Assembly: GCA_963747845.1 (NCBI GenBank)
Contig: CAVVGR010000007.1
Location: 194,025 to 258,024, forward strand
Length of the DNA stretch: 64,000 nt
From: an uncultured delta proteobacterium
GTDB lineage: Bacteria; Desulfobacterota; Binatia; Binatales; Binataceae
Direction: 5' to 3'
Shown here one piece after another: positions 18,457-27,368 of the stretch (position 1 is the first letter of the stretch; every line of letters begins with the position of its first letter). The notes under the pieces were generated by a model that saw nothing but the letters and a program-made list of their open reading frames with translations, was not told where the DNA came from and made no database searches. The translations under genes were made by a program, and so were the position numbers.

Positions 18457-18547
18457 CAGGCTTGATTCCATTGACAACGGCGGCCCGCCGGTGCGACTTT
18501 CCAGAAGTTCGCTAATTCGACGTATCAGCTAATCGGAGGGTTGAGCC

Positions 18548-20248
18548 ATGGCTGAGTTCGACCTCGTCATTCGCGATGGAATCGTCGTGGACGGTACCCG
18601 GATGCCGCGCTTTCGTGGCGATGTCGGCATCAAGGACGGCCTCATCTCGAAAATAGGGCGGCTGCGCTCGACCGACGCCGCGGAGACGATCGACGCTTCG
18701 GGCCTGATCGTCGCGCCCGGCTTCGTCGATCTGCATACCCACTACGACGCGCAACTTTTCTGGGATCCTTACTGCTCGATCTCGAGCTGGCACGGCGTCA
18801 CCTCGGTCGTGATCGGCAACTGCGGCTTCGGCTTCGCGCCGGTGCATCCTGAAAGCCGCGAGCGCGCGATGCTCACGATGACGCGGGTCGAAGCGATTCC
18901 GTACGCCTCGATGAAAGCCGGGATGCCGTGGGACTGGAGCACCTTTCCGGAATTTCTCGACAGCGTCGCGCGCCATCCCAAGGCGGTGAACATTCTGCCC
19001 TACGTTCCGGTCTCGCCGCTGCTGACGTGGGTGATGGGTCTCGAAGCCGCCAAGACGCGGCCGCCCACCGAGTGGGAAACGCGCGAGATTTGCCGGCTGC
19101 TCGACGAGGCGATGGACGCGGGCGCATGCGGATGGTCGGCGCAACGGCTCGATCCGAACGGTCCCGCATGCGTGCAGCGCGACTTCGACGGCACGCCGAT
19201 GGTCTCCGACCTGATGGCTGACGAAACCTGCCTCGCGCTCGCGCGCGTGCTCGGCCGGCGCAACGAGGGCTTCATCCAGATGACGCTGGTGAGCGCCGAT
19301 CCAATGCACGACCTCAAGCATTTCGAGCAGCTGGCCGAACTCAGCGGGCGGCCGGTGCTCTACAACGTCGTGCAGCCGCGCGATTCGCATCCATATGTGC
19401 ATCGCGGACAAATCCAATGGCTCGAGAGCTGCCGCCAGCGCGGAATACCCGTCTACGGGCAAGCCGTCACGAGCGACACCGGGATGGCGTTCACGTTTGT
19501 CGATTGGAATCTGTTCGACGAATGCCAGGCGTGGTGCGACGCCACCACTGGCACCGCCGCGGAACGCATGGCGAAGCTAGCAGACCCCGCGCGGCGCGAG
19601 GCTTTGCGCAATCGTCTGCCGCGCGTCATCACGGAAGAGTTCGATCAGATCTTCGTGACGCAGGTCGCGCGCGACGACATGAAGGAATACGAAGGGCTCA
19701 CACTGCGCGAGTTCGGCGAACGCACCGGCAAGCATCCGGTGGATGCGATGCTCGATCTCGCGGTCGCCGACGACCTGCGCACCGAGTTCTACGCGCCCGG
19801 ACCCAATCAGAACATGGAATATATGAAGGAGATGATCGACTATCCGTACCTGATTCCGGGCGTATCGGACGGCGGCGCGCATACGAAGTTCTTCACCGGC
19901 GGGCAGTATCCGACCGAATTTCTCGCGGGCCTCGTGCGCGACCGCAAGATGTTGAGCCTCGAGGATGCGCATTGGCGGCTGAGCGCGCTGCCCGCGCTGT
20001 GCGCGGGATTCAGTGACCGCGGATTCCTGCGCGAAGGCGCGCCGGCCGATGTTGTCATTTACGATTACGACAAGCTCGCGGTGCGGCCGATGGAAATCGC
20101 GCGCGACTTGCCGGGCGGCGAATGGCGCCGCATTCGCAAGGCCGACGGCTATCGATGCATCATGGTCAACGGCGAGATAACGATGCGCGACGGCGAGCAG
20201 ACCGGCGCAACTACAGGACGGCTGCTGCGCCATGGCAGAGGCGCCTGA
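18548..20248 (+). CDS. N-acyl-D-amino-acid deacylase (D-aminoacylase) family amidohydrolase
   Basis: 566-aa intact ORF with FDLVIRDGIVVDGT...IKDGLISKIG...IDASGLIVAPGFVDLHTHYD (HxH metal motif) and WHGVTSVVIGNCGFGFAP. Confidence 0.85.
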   Translation: MAEFDLVIRDGIVVDGTRMPRFRGDVGIKDGLISKIGRLRSTDAAETIDASGLIVAPGFVDLHTHYDAQLFWDPYCSISSWHGVTSVVIGNCGFGFAPVHPESRERAMLTMTRVEAIPYASMKAGMPWDWSTFPEFLDSVARHPKAVNILPYVPVSPLLTWVMGLEAAKTRPPTEWETREICRLLDEAMDAGACGWSAQRLDPNGPACVQRDFDGTPMVSDLMADETCLALARVLGRRNEGFIQMTLVSADPMHDLKHFEQLAELSGRPVLYNVVQPRDSHPYVHRGQIQWLESCRQRGIPVYGQAVTSDTGMAFTFVDWNLFDECQAWCDATTGTAAERMAKLADPARREALRNRLPRVITEEFDQIFVTQVARDDMKEYEGLTLREFGERTGKHPVDAMLDLAVADDLRTEFYAPGPNQNMEYMKEMIDYPYLIPGVSDGGAHTKFFTGGQYPTEFLAGLVRDRKMLSLEDAHWRLSALPALCAGFSDRGFLREGAPADVVIYDYDKLAVRPMEIARDLPGGEWRRIRKADGYRCIMVNGEITMRDGEQTGATTGRLLRHGRGA

Positions 20249-20266
20249 GGCAAGCGCATCAAGCAG

Positions 20267-20932
20267 ATGGTCAAGGCGTTCAACTTCTTCAAGCGCAAGC
20301 CCGGACTCAGCGTCGAGGATTTTCGCAGCTACTGGTTGAACGAACACGCCGCCATCATCCGCAAAATACCAGAGCTGCGAAAATACATCGCGTCGATCAC
20401 GCTGCCGTCCGCCTACCGCAATCGCGAACCGCTGTACGACGGAATCTCGGAAGCCTGGTTCGACGACGAAGACGCGCTTCGCAGCAATGCTGACACAGCG
20501 CCGCGGCGCGCGGCGTCGGCCGACGACGCGAAGTTTGTCGATATGTCGACGACCGGCTCGATAGTCGTCGATGAGATCATCCAGAAAGAGGGCACGACCG
20601 GCGCCGACGCAGTGAAAGTGTTGTCGCTGCTGACACGCAAGCCGGGCAGTGAGGTCGCGGCATTCCAGCAGTACTGGCGCGAGCATCATGGACCGCTGGC
20701 GGCGAAAATTCCGCAAGCGCGGCGTTACCTGCAATGCCACGTGCGGCCGTCTGGCTATGCGGATGGTCGCGCGCCGCGCTACGACGGCGTCGCCGAAATG
20801 TGGTTTGAAGATTTTCAGGCAGTGCGAGACTCCGGCAATACCGACGAGTATCGCGCGGTGCGCCTCGACGAGCCGAAATTCCTCGCGATTCCGTTCCCGT
20901 TCTTAATCGCGTCCGAACACCGAATCGTGTGA
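20267..20932 (+). CDS. tandem EthD-domain protein
   Basis: Two similar halves (KAFNFFKRKPGLSVEDFRSYWLNEHAAIIRKIPELRKY and KVLSLLTRKPGSEVAAFQQYWREHHGPLAAKIPQARRY), the EthD pattern. Confidence 0.7.
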   Translation: MVKAFNFFKRKPGLSVEDFRSYWLNEHAAIIRKIPELRKYIASITLPSAYRNREPLYDGISEAWFDDEDALRSNADTAPRRAASADDAKFVDMSTTGSIVVDEIIQKEGTTGADAVKVLSLLTRKPGSEVAAFQQYWREHHGPLAAKIPQARRYLQCHVRPSGYADGRAPRYDGVAEMWFEDFQAVRDSGNTDEYRAVRLDEPKFLAIPFPFLIASEHRIV

Positions 20933-21300
20933 CGCATTCGCGCACAGATTTCTACGAGCAGGGAATCGAACTCTTCAACGAGGGGCGGTTCTTCGAATGC
21001 CATGAAGCGTGGGAGGAAATCTGGAAGCGCTCCGACGGCGCGGAAAAACTTTTCTACCAGGGATTGATCCAGGCCGCCGTCGCAATCCTGCACGCGCAGC
21101 GCGGAAACCTCGATGGCGCCCGATCGCTCTACGAGAAAGCCTCGGCCAAGCTCGATCCGATTCCGCCCGAACACATGGGCCTCGCAATCGCCGAGCTGCG
21201 CGAGGCACTGAGCCGCTTCATCGAAGTAGCAATCCGCGCCAACGGCAGCCCGCTCCCAGAGCCGCCGCGACTGCGGCGGCTCTCAAACTCGAACAGTTGA
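20929..21300 (+). CDS. DUF309 domain protein
   Basis: FYEQGIELFNEGRFFECHEAWEEIWKR...FYQGLIQAAVAILHAQRGNLDGARSLYEKA. The start overlaps the EthD gene stop. Confidence 0.75.
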   Translation: MTHSRTDFYEQGIELFNEGRFFECHEAWEEIWKRSDGAEKLFYQGLIQAAVAILHAQRGNLDGARSLYEKASAKLDPIPPEHMGLAIAELREALSRFIEVAIRANGSPLPEPPRLRRLSNSNS

Positions 21301-21314
21301 ATTCAAACTATCGT

Positions 21315-21583
21315 TCAGGCGCTCGCCCTGATCTTTCCGAGTTCCTTGCGCAGAATGGAGCGGACTTCCGCGCCCACCTGCTTGGCAAGATCGGGGCGTT
21401 CGATGTGTTCGCGGAGCGCTTCATTGATCAAGGTTTGATAGTTTCCGCGATGCGCCGTTCGAACGATCTCGCGAAGTGATCCACGATGTCCCGGTCTAGC
21501 CGTATGGTGATGCGCACCTTCTCGGGCGGCAGGCGAACGACTGGCCCTCGTCTACCTTTGCTCAGATCGTACTCACGTTTCAT
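21315..21583 (-). CDS. brnA: BrnA-type (CopG/RHH-like) antitoxin, one apparent frameshift
   Basis: The minus strand reads MKREYDLSKGRRGPVVRLPPEKVRITIRLDRDIVDHF... then, after loss of one G in a G run (gcggaaac), GNYQTLINEALREHIERPDLAK...IRASA stop. Length 269 nt is not a multiple of 3. Confidence 0.7.
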
Positions 21584-21712
21584 ATTCGCTTATCCTCGTA
21601 CTGCGCTCGCTCGCGCGAGGTCGCTTTCGAGCCGAGTAACCGCCGATATGTCTGTGTACACTGTACACACGGAGAAATACTCTTGGAACCGCAGCGCGGT
21701 GCGAAACTCGCC
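21580..21712 (-). pseudogene. brnT: truncated, frameshifted remnant of a BrnT-type toxin gene
   Basis: The minus strand ends ...SARK(A)TSRERAQYEDKRI, with TGA overlapping the brnA ATG (ATGA). One nt is missing at aag(g)cg, and an in-frame TAG at 21715-21713 removes the N-terminal half. No start codon. Confidence 0.5.
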
Positions 21713-21773
21713 CTACGTTGTCATGGTCCGCTCCAGAGCCGCCGCGGCTGCGGCGGATTGGTTGAGCTTGGTT

Positions 21774-21962
21774 TCAACGGCGGCGCGAAAATCGAATGAC
21801 TATGATGCCCACGACTGCGGTGGCTGCGCCGTACCAGATCCATGCGGGCTGATTGTCCATTACGGGATTGCGCGGCCATGGAAAGTATCCCGTGCCTTGG
21901 CCGATCCAATGTACTCCCAGCAGAAGAAGCAGCACGCCAAAGATCGTAAGCAGGAGCTTCAT
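21774..21962 (-). CDS. small two-TM membrane protein, unknown function
   Basis: 62-aa ORF MKLLLTIFGVLLLLLGVHWIGQGTGYFPWPRNPVMDNQPAWIWYGAATAVVGIIVIRFSRRR. Confidence 0.5.
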   Translation of the reverse strand: MKLLLTIFGVLLLLLGVHWIGQGTGYFPWPRNPVMDNQPAWIWYGAATAVVGIIVIRFSRRR

Positions 21963-22092
21963 GGCAGTCCCCCTCCGTCGCTTTCTCGCCGCGACGTCCG
22001 CTCGACCAATTCCGACGCGGACGATAGCCGATCCGTCAATGGACCGGCTATCGCCGTCGTGCGGCGGGAGCTGAGGGAGGGTCTGGATACTT

Positions 22093-22665
22093 TCAGGATG
22101 GGAAACGTTTTCCCCATTGCTCCAGCGGTGCCTGAGCTCCGTTCGCGACGAAACTTATCGTGTGATACCAGCCGGCCAAAACGATCAGCTCGAGCAGCTG
22201 CTCGGGCGACCATCGTGCGGCCATCGAGGTCCACAAGTCGTCGGTCAGACGGCCGGAGTCGTGGAGTTCATCGACCATCCGGATCAGCAGACGTTCCGCG
22301 TCCGTCCAGCATTGCGCGTCGTGGCCGTCGGCGACCGTCGCCGCGAGTTGCGCGTCGTCGAGAGCCGCCGCACCGCCGAATATGCGGGCGTGAACGCCCC
22401 ATTCATACTCGCAACCGCATCGCGCACATACACGGTCGATGACGATTTCGCGGTCGCGAACCTTCAGCGACGAGCCGCCGCCGAGAAAGTAGTGGCCAAG
22501 CGGATACATCGCGTGCGCCAGCGGCAGGTGGCGCACGAGTGTGCGGAAGAGCGCGAGCGGGGCGAAGTCGCCCGGCTGCCATCGCGCGAGTTCATCCGCG
22601 GCTTCCGCTGTAAACGGTGGCTCGATGGGAGTGATTCGCGGTCGAAGAGGGCTTTCTGTTTTCAT
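22093..22665 (-). CDS. carboxymuconolactone decarboxylase (AhpD-like) family protein
   Basis: 190-aa ORF with LFRTLVRHLPLAHAM...VRDREIVIDRVCARCGCEYEWGVH. It is divergent from an HxlR regulator, a classic pairing. Confidence 0.7.
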   Translation of the reverse strand: MKTESPLRPRITPIEPPFTAEAADELARWQPGDFAPLALFRTLVRHLPLAHAMYPLGHYFLGGGSSLKVRDREIVIDRVCARCGCEYEWGVHARIFGGAAALDDAQLAATVADGHDAQCWTDAERLLIRMVDELHDSGRLTDDLWTSMAARWSPEQLLELIVLAGWYHTISFVANGAQAPLEQWGKRFPS

Positions 22666-22739
22666 GAGTGCTTCCTCGTGTACTACGGTTTTCGTAGTAT
22701 ATTGCTATCACTTCGATATTCGTAGTACAAGCATCGATC

Positions 22740-23084
22740 ATGATTCCTAAACCCGGAAGGCCGGCTCGCGGATCGCGCACCGGCCGCCCGTTGATGGCGC
22801 TGCTCGATTTGCTCGGGCGGCGATGGACTCTGCGGGTGCTATGGGAACTGCGCCGCGGGCCGCTCACGTTCGCCGAGTTGCAGCGGCGATGCGACGCGAT
22901 GTCGCCGAGCGTGCTGAATCAGCGTATCAGCGAGCTGCGCGAGGCGCGTATCATTCTGCATACGCAAGGCGGCTACCGCTTGACGGCGGAGGGCAAAAAG
23001 CTGCTCGAGTCGATCTCCCCGCTCACCGAATGGGCCAGGCGATGGGCTCGCAGCGTCACTTCTCGCGAAGGAAAAAGCGGGTGA
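22740..23084 (+). CDS. HxlR-family winged-helix transcriptional regulator
   Basis: LDLLGRRWTLRVLWELRRGPLTFAELQRRCDAMSPSVLNQRISELREARII...GYRLTAEGKKL. Confidence 0.85.
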   Translation: MIPKPGRPARGSRTGRPLMALLDLLGRRWTLRVLWELRRGPLTFAELQRRCDAMSPSVLNQRISELREARIILHTQGGYRLTAEGKKLLESISPLTEWARRWARSVTSREGKSG

Positions 23085-23142
23085 GGAACATCAATGGTAA
23101 GCCGAGCGCTTCGAGTCGCGTCTCTTTATCAAAGGAGAGCCG

Positions 23143-23601
23143 TCACCGACCTCGTTTGGTTCGCGCACTTCGCGCGCGCGATGTTGCTTTTCGTTGCTGC
23201 GGCTTCGATATGCTCGGCGCGAAGCGGTTCAGCGAGGACTGCACCATATAGGCCGAACGCGTCATGCCCGCTTTGTTCGCGAGGCGGTCGATTGCTTCGA
23301 TTTGGCTCTCACGCGCCGTGATATTGATGCGCAAGGTCTTTTCGGGCGCTGGCTCAACGCTGACCAGGAACGCCACGGCGCCTTTCCTGTTCGGATCGCT
23401 CGCCAACGCGTCCAGGTTTGAAGGGCTGGGCACCACGTCACCATCTTCGATCATGCCGCCGATATGCAGTGCGAGAGCTTCGGCTGCCATCCGGCGTGCT
23501 TGATCGAGCGTTTTTCCTGCCGTCACGCATCCCGGAAAGTCCGGAAAGCTGACGCCGAAATCGGAATCTCGGTCCTTATGCAGATAGGCAATGTAATCCA
23601 T
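23143..23601 (-). CDS. hicB: HicB-family antitoxin with C-terminal RHH domain
   Basis: MDYIAYLHKDRDSDFGVSFPDFPGCVTAGKTLDQARRMAAEALALHI... and RINITARESQIEAIDRLANKAGMTRSAYMV. It lies 13 nt downstream of hicA. Confidence 0.85.
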   Translation of the reverse strand: MDYIAYLHKDRDSDFGVSFPDFPGCVTAGKTLDQARRMAAEALALHIGGMIEDGDVVPSPSNLDALASDPNRKGAVAFLVSVEPAPEKTLRINITARESQIEAIDRLANKAGMTRSAYMVQSSLNRFAPSISKPQQRKATSRARSARTKRGR

Positions 23602-23614
23602 CTCGTTCTCCGAA

Positions 23615-23803
23615 TCAGTTGAGTCTTATGCCAGCCTGTTTTTCTATGCTTTTCAGGGTTCCGACCGGTATGTCTCTGCTCGGGTGAGGCACGGTTACGC
23701 GGCCTTTCTTCGTGGCGTGTTTGAATTGTTTATGACTGCCGACCTGATTGACTTCGTACCAGCCATCTTTCTTCAGTGCCGCGATCACGTCCCGGCTGTT
23801 CAT
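23615..23803 (-). CDS. hicA: HicA-family mRNA interferase toxin
   Basis: 62 aa: MNSRDVIAALKKDGWYEVNQVGSHKQFKHATKKGRVTVPHPSRDIPVGTLKSIEKQAGI. Confidence 0.9.
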   Translation of the reverse strand: MNSRDVIAALKKDGWYEVNQVGSHKQFKHATKKGRVTVPHPSRDIPVGTLKSIEKQAGIRLN

Positions 23804-23940
23804 CGGTTACCTGTATACGAAGCGATGATACACACTATCTACACATCGCTCAATCTTTTGATACGCACTGGATGCGCATCACTTTCGGCATGTTCGAGTC
23901 ACGACTCTTATCCGTATAAGATGCGCGCTGACTGGAGAGG

Positions 23941-24946
23941 GTGCAGCTTGTGACTAGACGGGGATTCCTTGCGATGGCGGCGCGGCTGGGCGCGATCGTC
24001 TCGATGACCACGGGCAAAGCGCTCGCGTCGATCGCGCGCACTGGCGGGATGCAGTATCGGACGCTTGGCCGCACCGGCGCGAAAGTCTCGCTCATCGGAG
24101 TCGGCGGCTACCATATCGGAGAGCCGCCGGACCCGGCCGTCGGCATCGCGATTATCCGCACCGCAATCGACAATGGCGTGACCTTCATGGACAACGCCTG
24201 GGACTACCACCAGGGCGAGAGCGAACGGCGCATGGGGCAGGCGCTGCGCGACGGCTACCGGCAGAAAGTTTTCCTGATGACCAAGGTCGACGGACGCACG
24301 CGCTCGACCGTCGAATGGCAGCTTGACGAATCGTTGAAGCGGCTGCAGACCGACCACGTCGACTTGCTGCAGATTCATGAAGTGATTCGCGACAACGATC
24401 CGGACCGCGTATTCGGGCGCGACGGTGCGATCGAAGCGCTGATCGCCGCGAAAAAATCGGGCAAGATTCGCTTTTTCGGATTCACCGGACACAAGACGCC
24501 CGCGATGCTGCTCAAGATGATCCGCCTCGCCGATCAATACGGCGTCATCTTCGACACGGTGCAGATGCCGCTCAACGTGATGGACGCGCATTACGACAGC
24601 TTCCAGCAGCAGGTACTGCCGGTCGCGCTGGCAAAGAACATGGGCGTGATCGGGATGAAGGCATTCGGCGACAATTTCATCCTGCAGAGCAAGACCGTCA
24701 CGCCGATGGAGGCGCTGCATTACACGATGAATCTGCCGATCAGCACCCTGGTCACCGGATGCGACTGGATGGTCTTTCTGCAGCAGGCGCTCGAGGCGGT
24801 GCGGACATTTCGGCCGCTGAGCGAGACGCAGGTCGCCGGCGATCCTCGCGAAGACCGCGGAGGCCGCGAAGGGCGGCCAGTTCGAATACTACAAGACGCG
24901 CGACACGTTCGACGGAACGGCCCGAAACCTCAGATGGCTCGGCTGA
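23941..24946 (+). CDS. aldo/keto reductase with Tat-type signal, one apparent frameshift near the 3' end
   Basis: TRRGFLAMAARLGA twin-arginine N-terminus, then MQYRTLGRTGAKVSLIGVGGYH...FMDNAWDYHQGESERRMG. After SETQVA the frame is restored by removing one G (gccGgcg at about 24838), giving AILAKTAEAAKGGQFEYYKTRDTFDGTARNLRWLG and stop TGA 24944-24946. Confidence 0.8.
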
Positions 24947-24955
24947 AGCGAATAG

Positions 24956-26711
24956 TCAATGACTATTGGCGTGCGGCGGAAATGATATCGCAGTGAGGTG
25001 ACTGACTATTGGCGAGGGCGAAGGGTTTGTACCCTTGAATACACCTTGCAGCGCATAGTATCCCGCCCGCGGCGTCAGGATGTCGGCGCCGCCGTTCAGC
25101 GATCGCTCGCCGTCACTGATTTTGAGTACGGGATCTGAGGCACGACGTCCGGGATTTGGCGCAACTGACATCAGACCGAACCATTCTTCGTCCCAGTAGG
25201 ACGAGAAGCCGCCGCGCCCAGGCTCGCCGAACGGAAATGTGCTCGTGAGTATCGTCGTGTCGTGCGACGACCAGGTTGCCGGCCGGCGCTGCGCTTCCTT
25301 CCACCATTCGTCCTGAAATTCGAACAGGTAGCCGCCCGACAGAATGCCGCCGCCGGCCGTGGAGAGGGTCGAATGAGGCCCGTACATGTCGGTTGCGATT
25401 TCTTCAATCAGCCTGGCCGCGCGATATCCGGCTGCGCCGTGAAATTCGCCTCTCACAGAAGGGCTTGCGCTTACCCATTGCGGGTTCGGCGGCGCGGGCG
25501 GCTGTCCCTCGCGGGTTCGAATCGAGGCCGGCGCGCCCCATTCCGTAAAAATCATCGGCTTGGGCGCGGGATTGGGAGCTTCGCGGTCCTTCTCGGTACC
25601 GCTCGTATAGTAGCCATCGACTATCCAACGCTTGAACTGCGCCGCTTCCTCGGTCTCGGGGCTCCGATAGGCGTTGAAGCCCCAGACGTCGAGCGCATAG
25701 ATGTCGGCGGGGTACGCTCGACGCCGATGCGCAGACGTGCAATCAACGCCCACGTGAGCGCCGTTCGGATCGACGCAGAGCGGAACGGTTTGACCGCCAA
25801 TGTGGGCATCAGCGGCATCCTTGAAAGCGACCAGCGGCTTGACGAGCATCGGCTTCTCGGAAGTAGGGTAGTCCGCGAACGCCGACATAGTCAGTTTGCC
25901 GGGTGCGTAGTGCTTTACGATGGCGCCCAGCCGATTGAGATACTGCCAATAGTCAATGTACCTGTCGGTGCCCTGCGCGAGCGGAAGATTTGTTTCGTTG
26001 CCAATAGCAAATCCAAGTACCGCAGGATGATAGCCATAACGCTGCGCCAGCCACTGAGTAGTGCGCTCGATAAACATTCGCTCGTTATGCATCAGCGTGG
26101 AATCGGAATTGGCGCCCGGAAAGCTGTACCAGGGATCGATCGAAATACCGATGACTACGTAAATTGGATGGACGCCATGATTCCAGCATAGATCCAGGAA
26201 TTGGTCGCCGCCGTCATGCGCCGGCCACGCCGCGAATCCGGCAGGCGCCGCGCTCGCGCCGTAGCGTACCCTTGGCGTTACGCTCCAATCGAGCGTGTTC
26301 CACTTCGCATAGTCGGCCGGCACCATCGGAACCCATTTCCACCAGGCGTACGTGCGAATGCTGTTTGCGCCGAGCTGGCGGACGAGCCCGTCGGGAAGGT
26401 TGACGCGTGCATCGTTGTAGGTCGCGCCCCAGAGGTCGCGCTGCCAGATTGGACCGTAGGTAAGATGAGCAGGATCTCCCCAGAAGTAGTCGGTGCCGGG
26501 AAACGTCATCGCGGCGTCGTTGATCGGGCGCGGGGAATAATCGACGCCCTTGATTATGAACGGTTTGGGTGTGCTGCCGTCGACCGAGAGCAGGATCGTT
26601 TTGCGATCGCCGGCGACCGACCACCGCGTAGTCGACGAAGCAGGCGGCAGCAGCGTAGTCGAGTAAGCGGCGGACGCGTTCAGCGCGATCGCGAGCGCGA
26701 CGACCGCAAGC
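24956..26711 (-). CDS. secreted glycoside hydrolase, clan GH-A TIM-barrel type (family not assigned); start codon unresolved
   Basis: ORF 24956-26509 has acid/base LGFAIGNETN and nucleophile IFTEWG. The same frame extends upstream as LAVVALAIALNASAAYS...KPFIIKGVDYSPRPIN (signal peptide) but is preceded directly by TAG (26714-26712), with no start codon in frame. Confidence 0.6.
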
Positions 26712-26784
26712 TAAAATTCGCGCGAACCTTCCTGTAGACAGGCAGGCGGCAAAGGTGGTTGCAGGCTGGATCAATTCAGGCGGA

Positions 26785-27249
26785 TTAAAACGGGATATCT
26801 TCGTCGTCCATCGGCGCGACATCGTCAGACACGCCGCCGCCGCCCATCGGTGCGCGGCCGCGAGATGCACCACCGCCGAACTCGCCCGCATCATCGCCCA
26901 TCGGCGCGCCGCCGCGCGAGTTCAGGAACTGCACCCGCATCGCGACAATTTCGGTCACCTTGCGCTTGCCGGTGCCGTCCTTCGCCTCGTACTCGCGGTA
27001 GGAGATTCGCCCCTCGACGTAGACCGAGCTGCCCTTCTTCAGATACTGCGCGCACGCCTCGCCCTGTTTGCCCCACACTATAATGTTGTGCCAGTCGGTG
27101 CGGTCCTGCCGCGTGCCGCTCTTGTCGGCGAACGATTCCTTGGTCGCGATCGAGAAGTTGGTGACCGAGGAGCCCGAGTTGGTGAAGCGCGTTTCCGGAT
27201 CGCGCCCCAGGTTGCCGATTAGAATTACCTTGTTTACCGACGCCGCCAT
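26785..27249 (-). CDS. ssb: single-stranded DNA-binding protein
   Basis: MAASVNKVILIGNLGRDPETRFT...WHNIIVWGKQGEACAQYLKKGSSVYVEGRISYREY, a Gly-rich linker and the acidic tip DDEDIPF. The ORF extends to 27270. Confidence 0.95.
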   Translation of the reverse strand: MAASVNKVILIGNLGRDPETRFTNSGSSVTNFSIATKESFADKSGTRQDRTDWHNIIVWGKQGEACAQYLKKGSSVYVEGRISYREYEAKDGTGKRKVTEIVAMRVQFLNSRGGAPMGDDAGEFGGGASRGRAPMGGGGVSDDVAPMDDEDIPF

Positions 27250-27368
27250 CTGCTCCACCTCGTCATCCAAAAAAGCTAGTCTCGCCCCGTTCTCAAGGCA
27301 AGGCGGGTTCGCGACCTCCGTAAACAGCGGCTTTCACGGCCCAACTATCACCGATATAATCCGCCTCG

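Noticed and set aside
21486-22442. 318-aa plus-strand ORF spanning the TA/membrane-protein region.
   Set aside because: Its composition is Arg/Ser-rich. It overlaps the brnA, small membrane protein and CMD genes on the opposite strand and has no recognisable motif.
25513-25523. tRNA T-loop-like string gggttcgaatc.
   Set aside because: It lies inside the glycoside hydrolase CDS and has no complementary T-stem or acceptor stem around it. I found no tRNA in the window.
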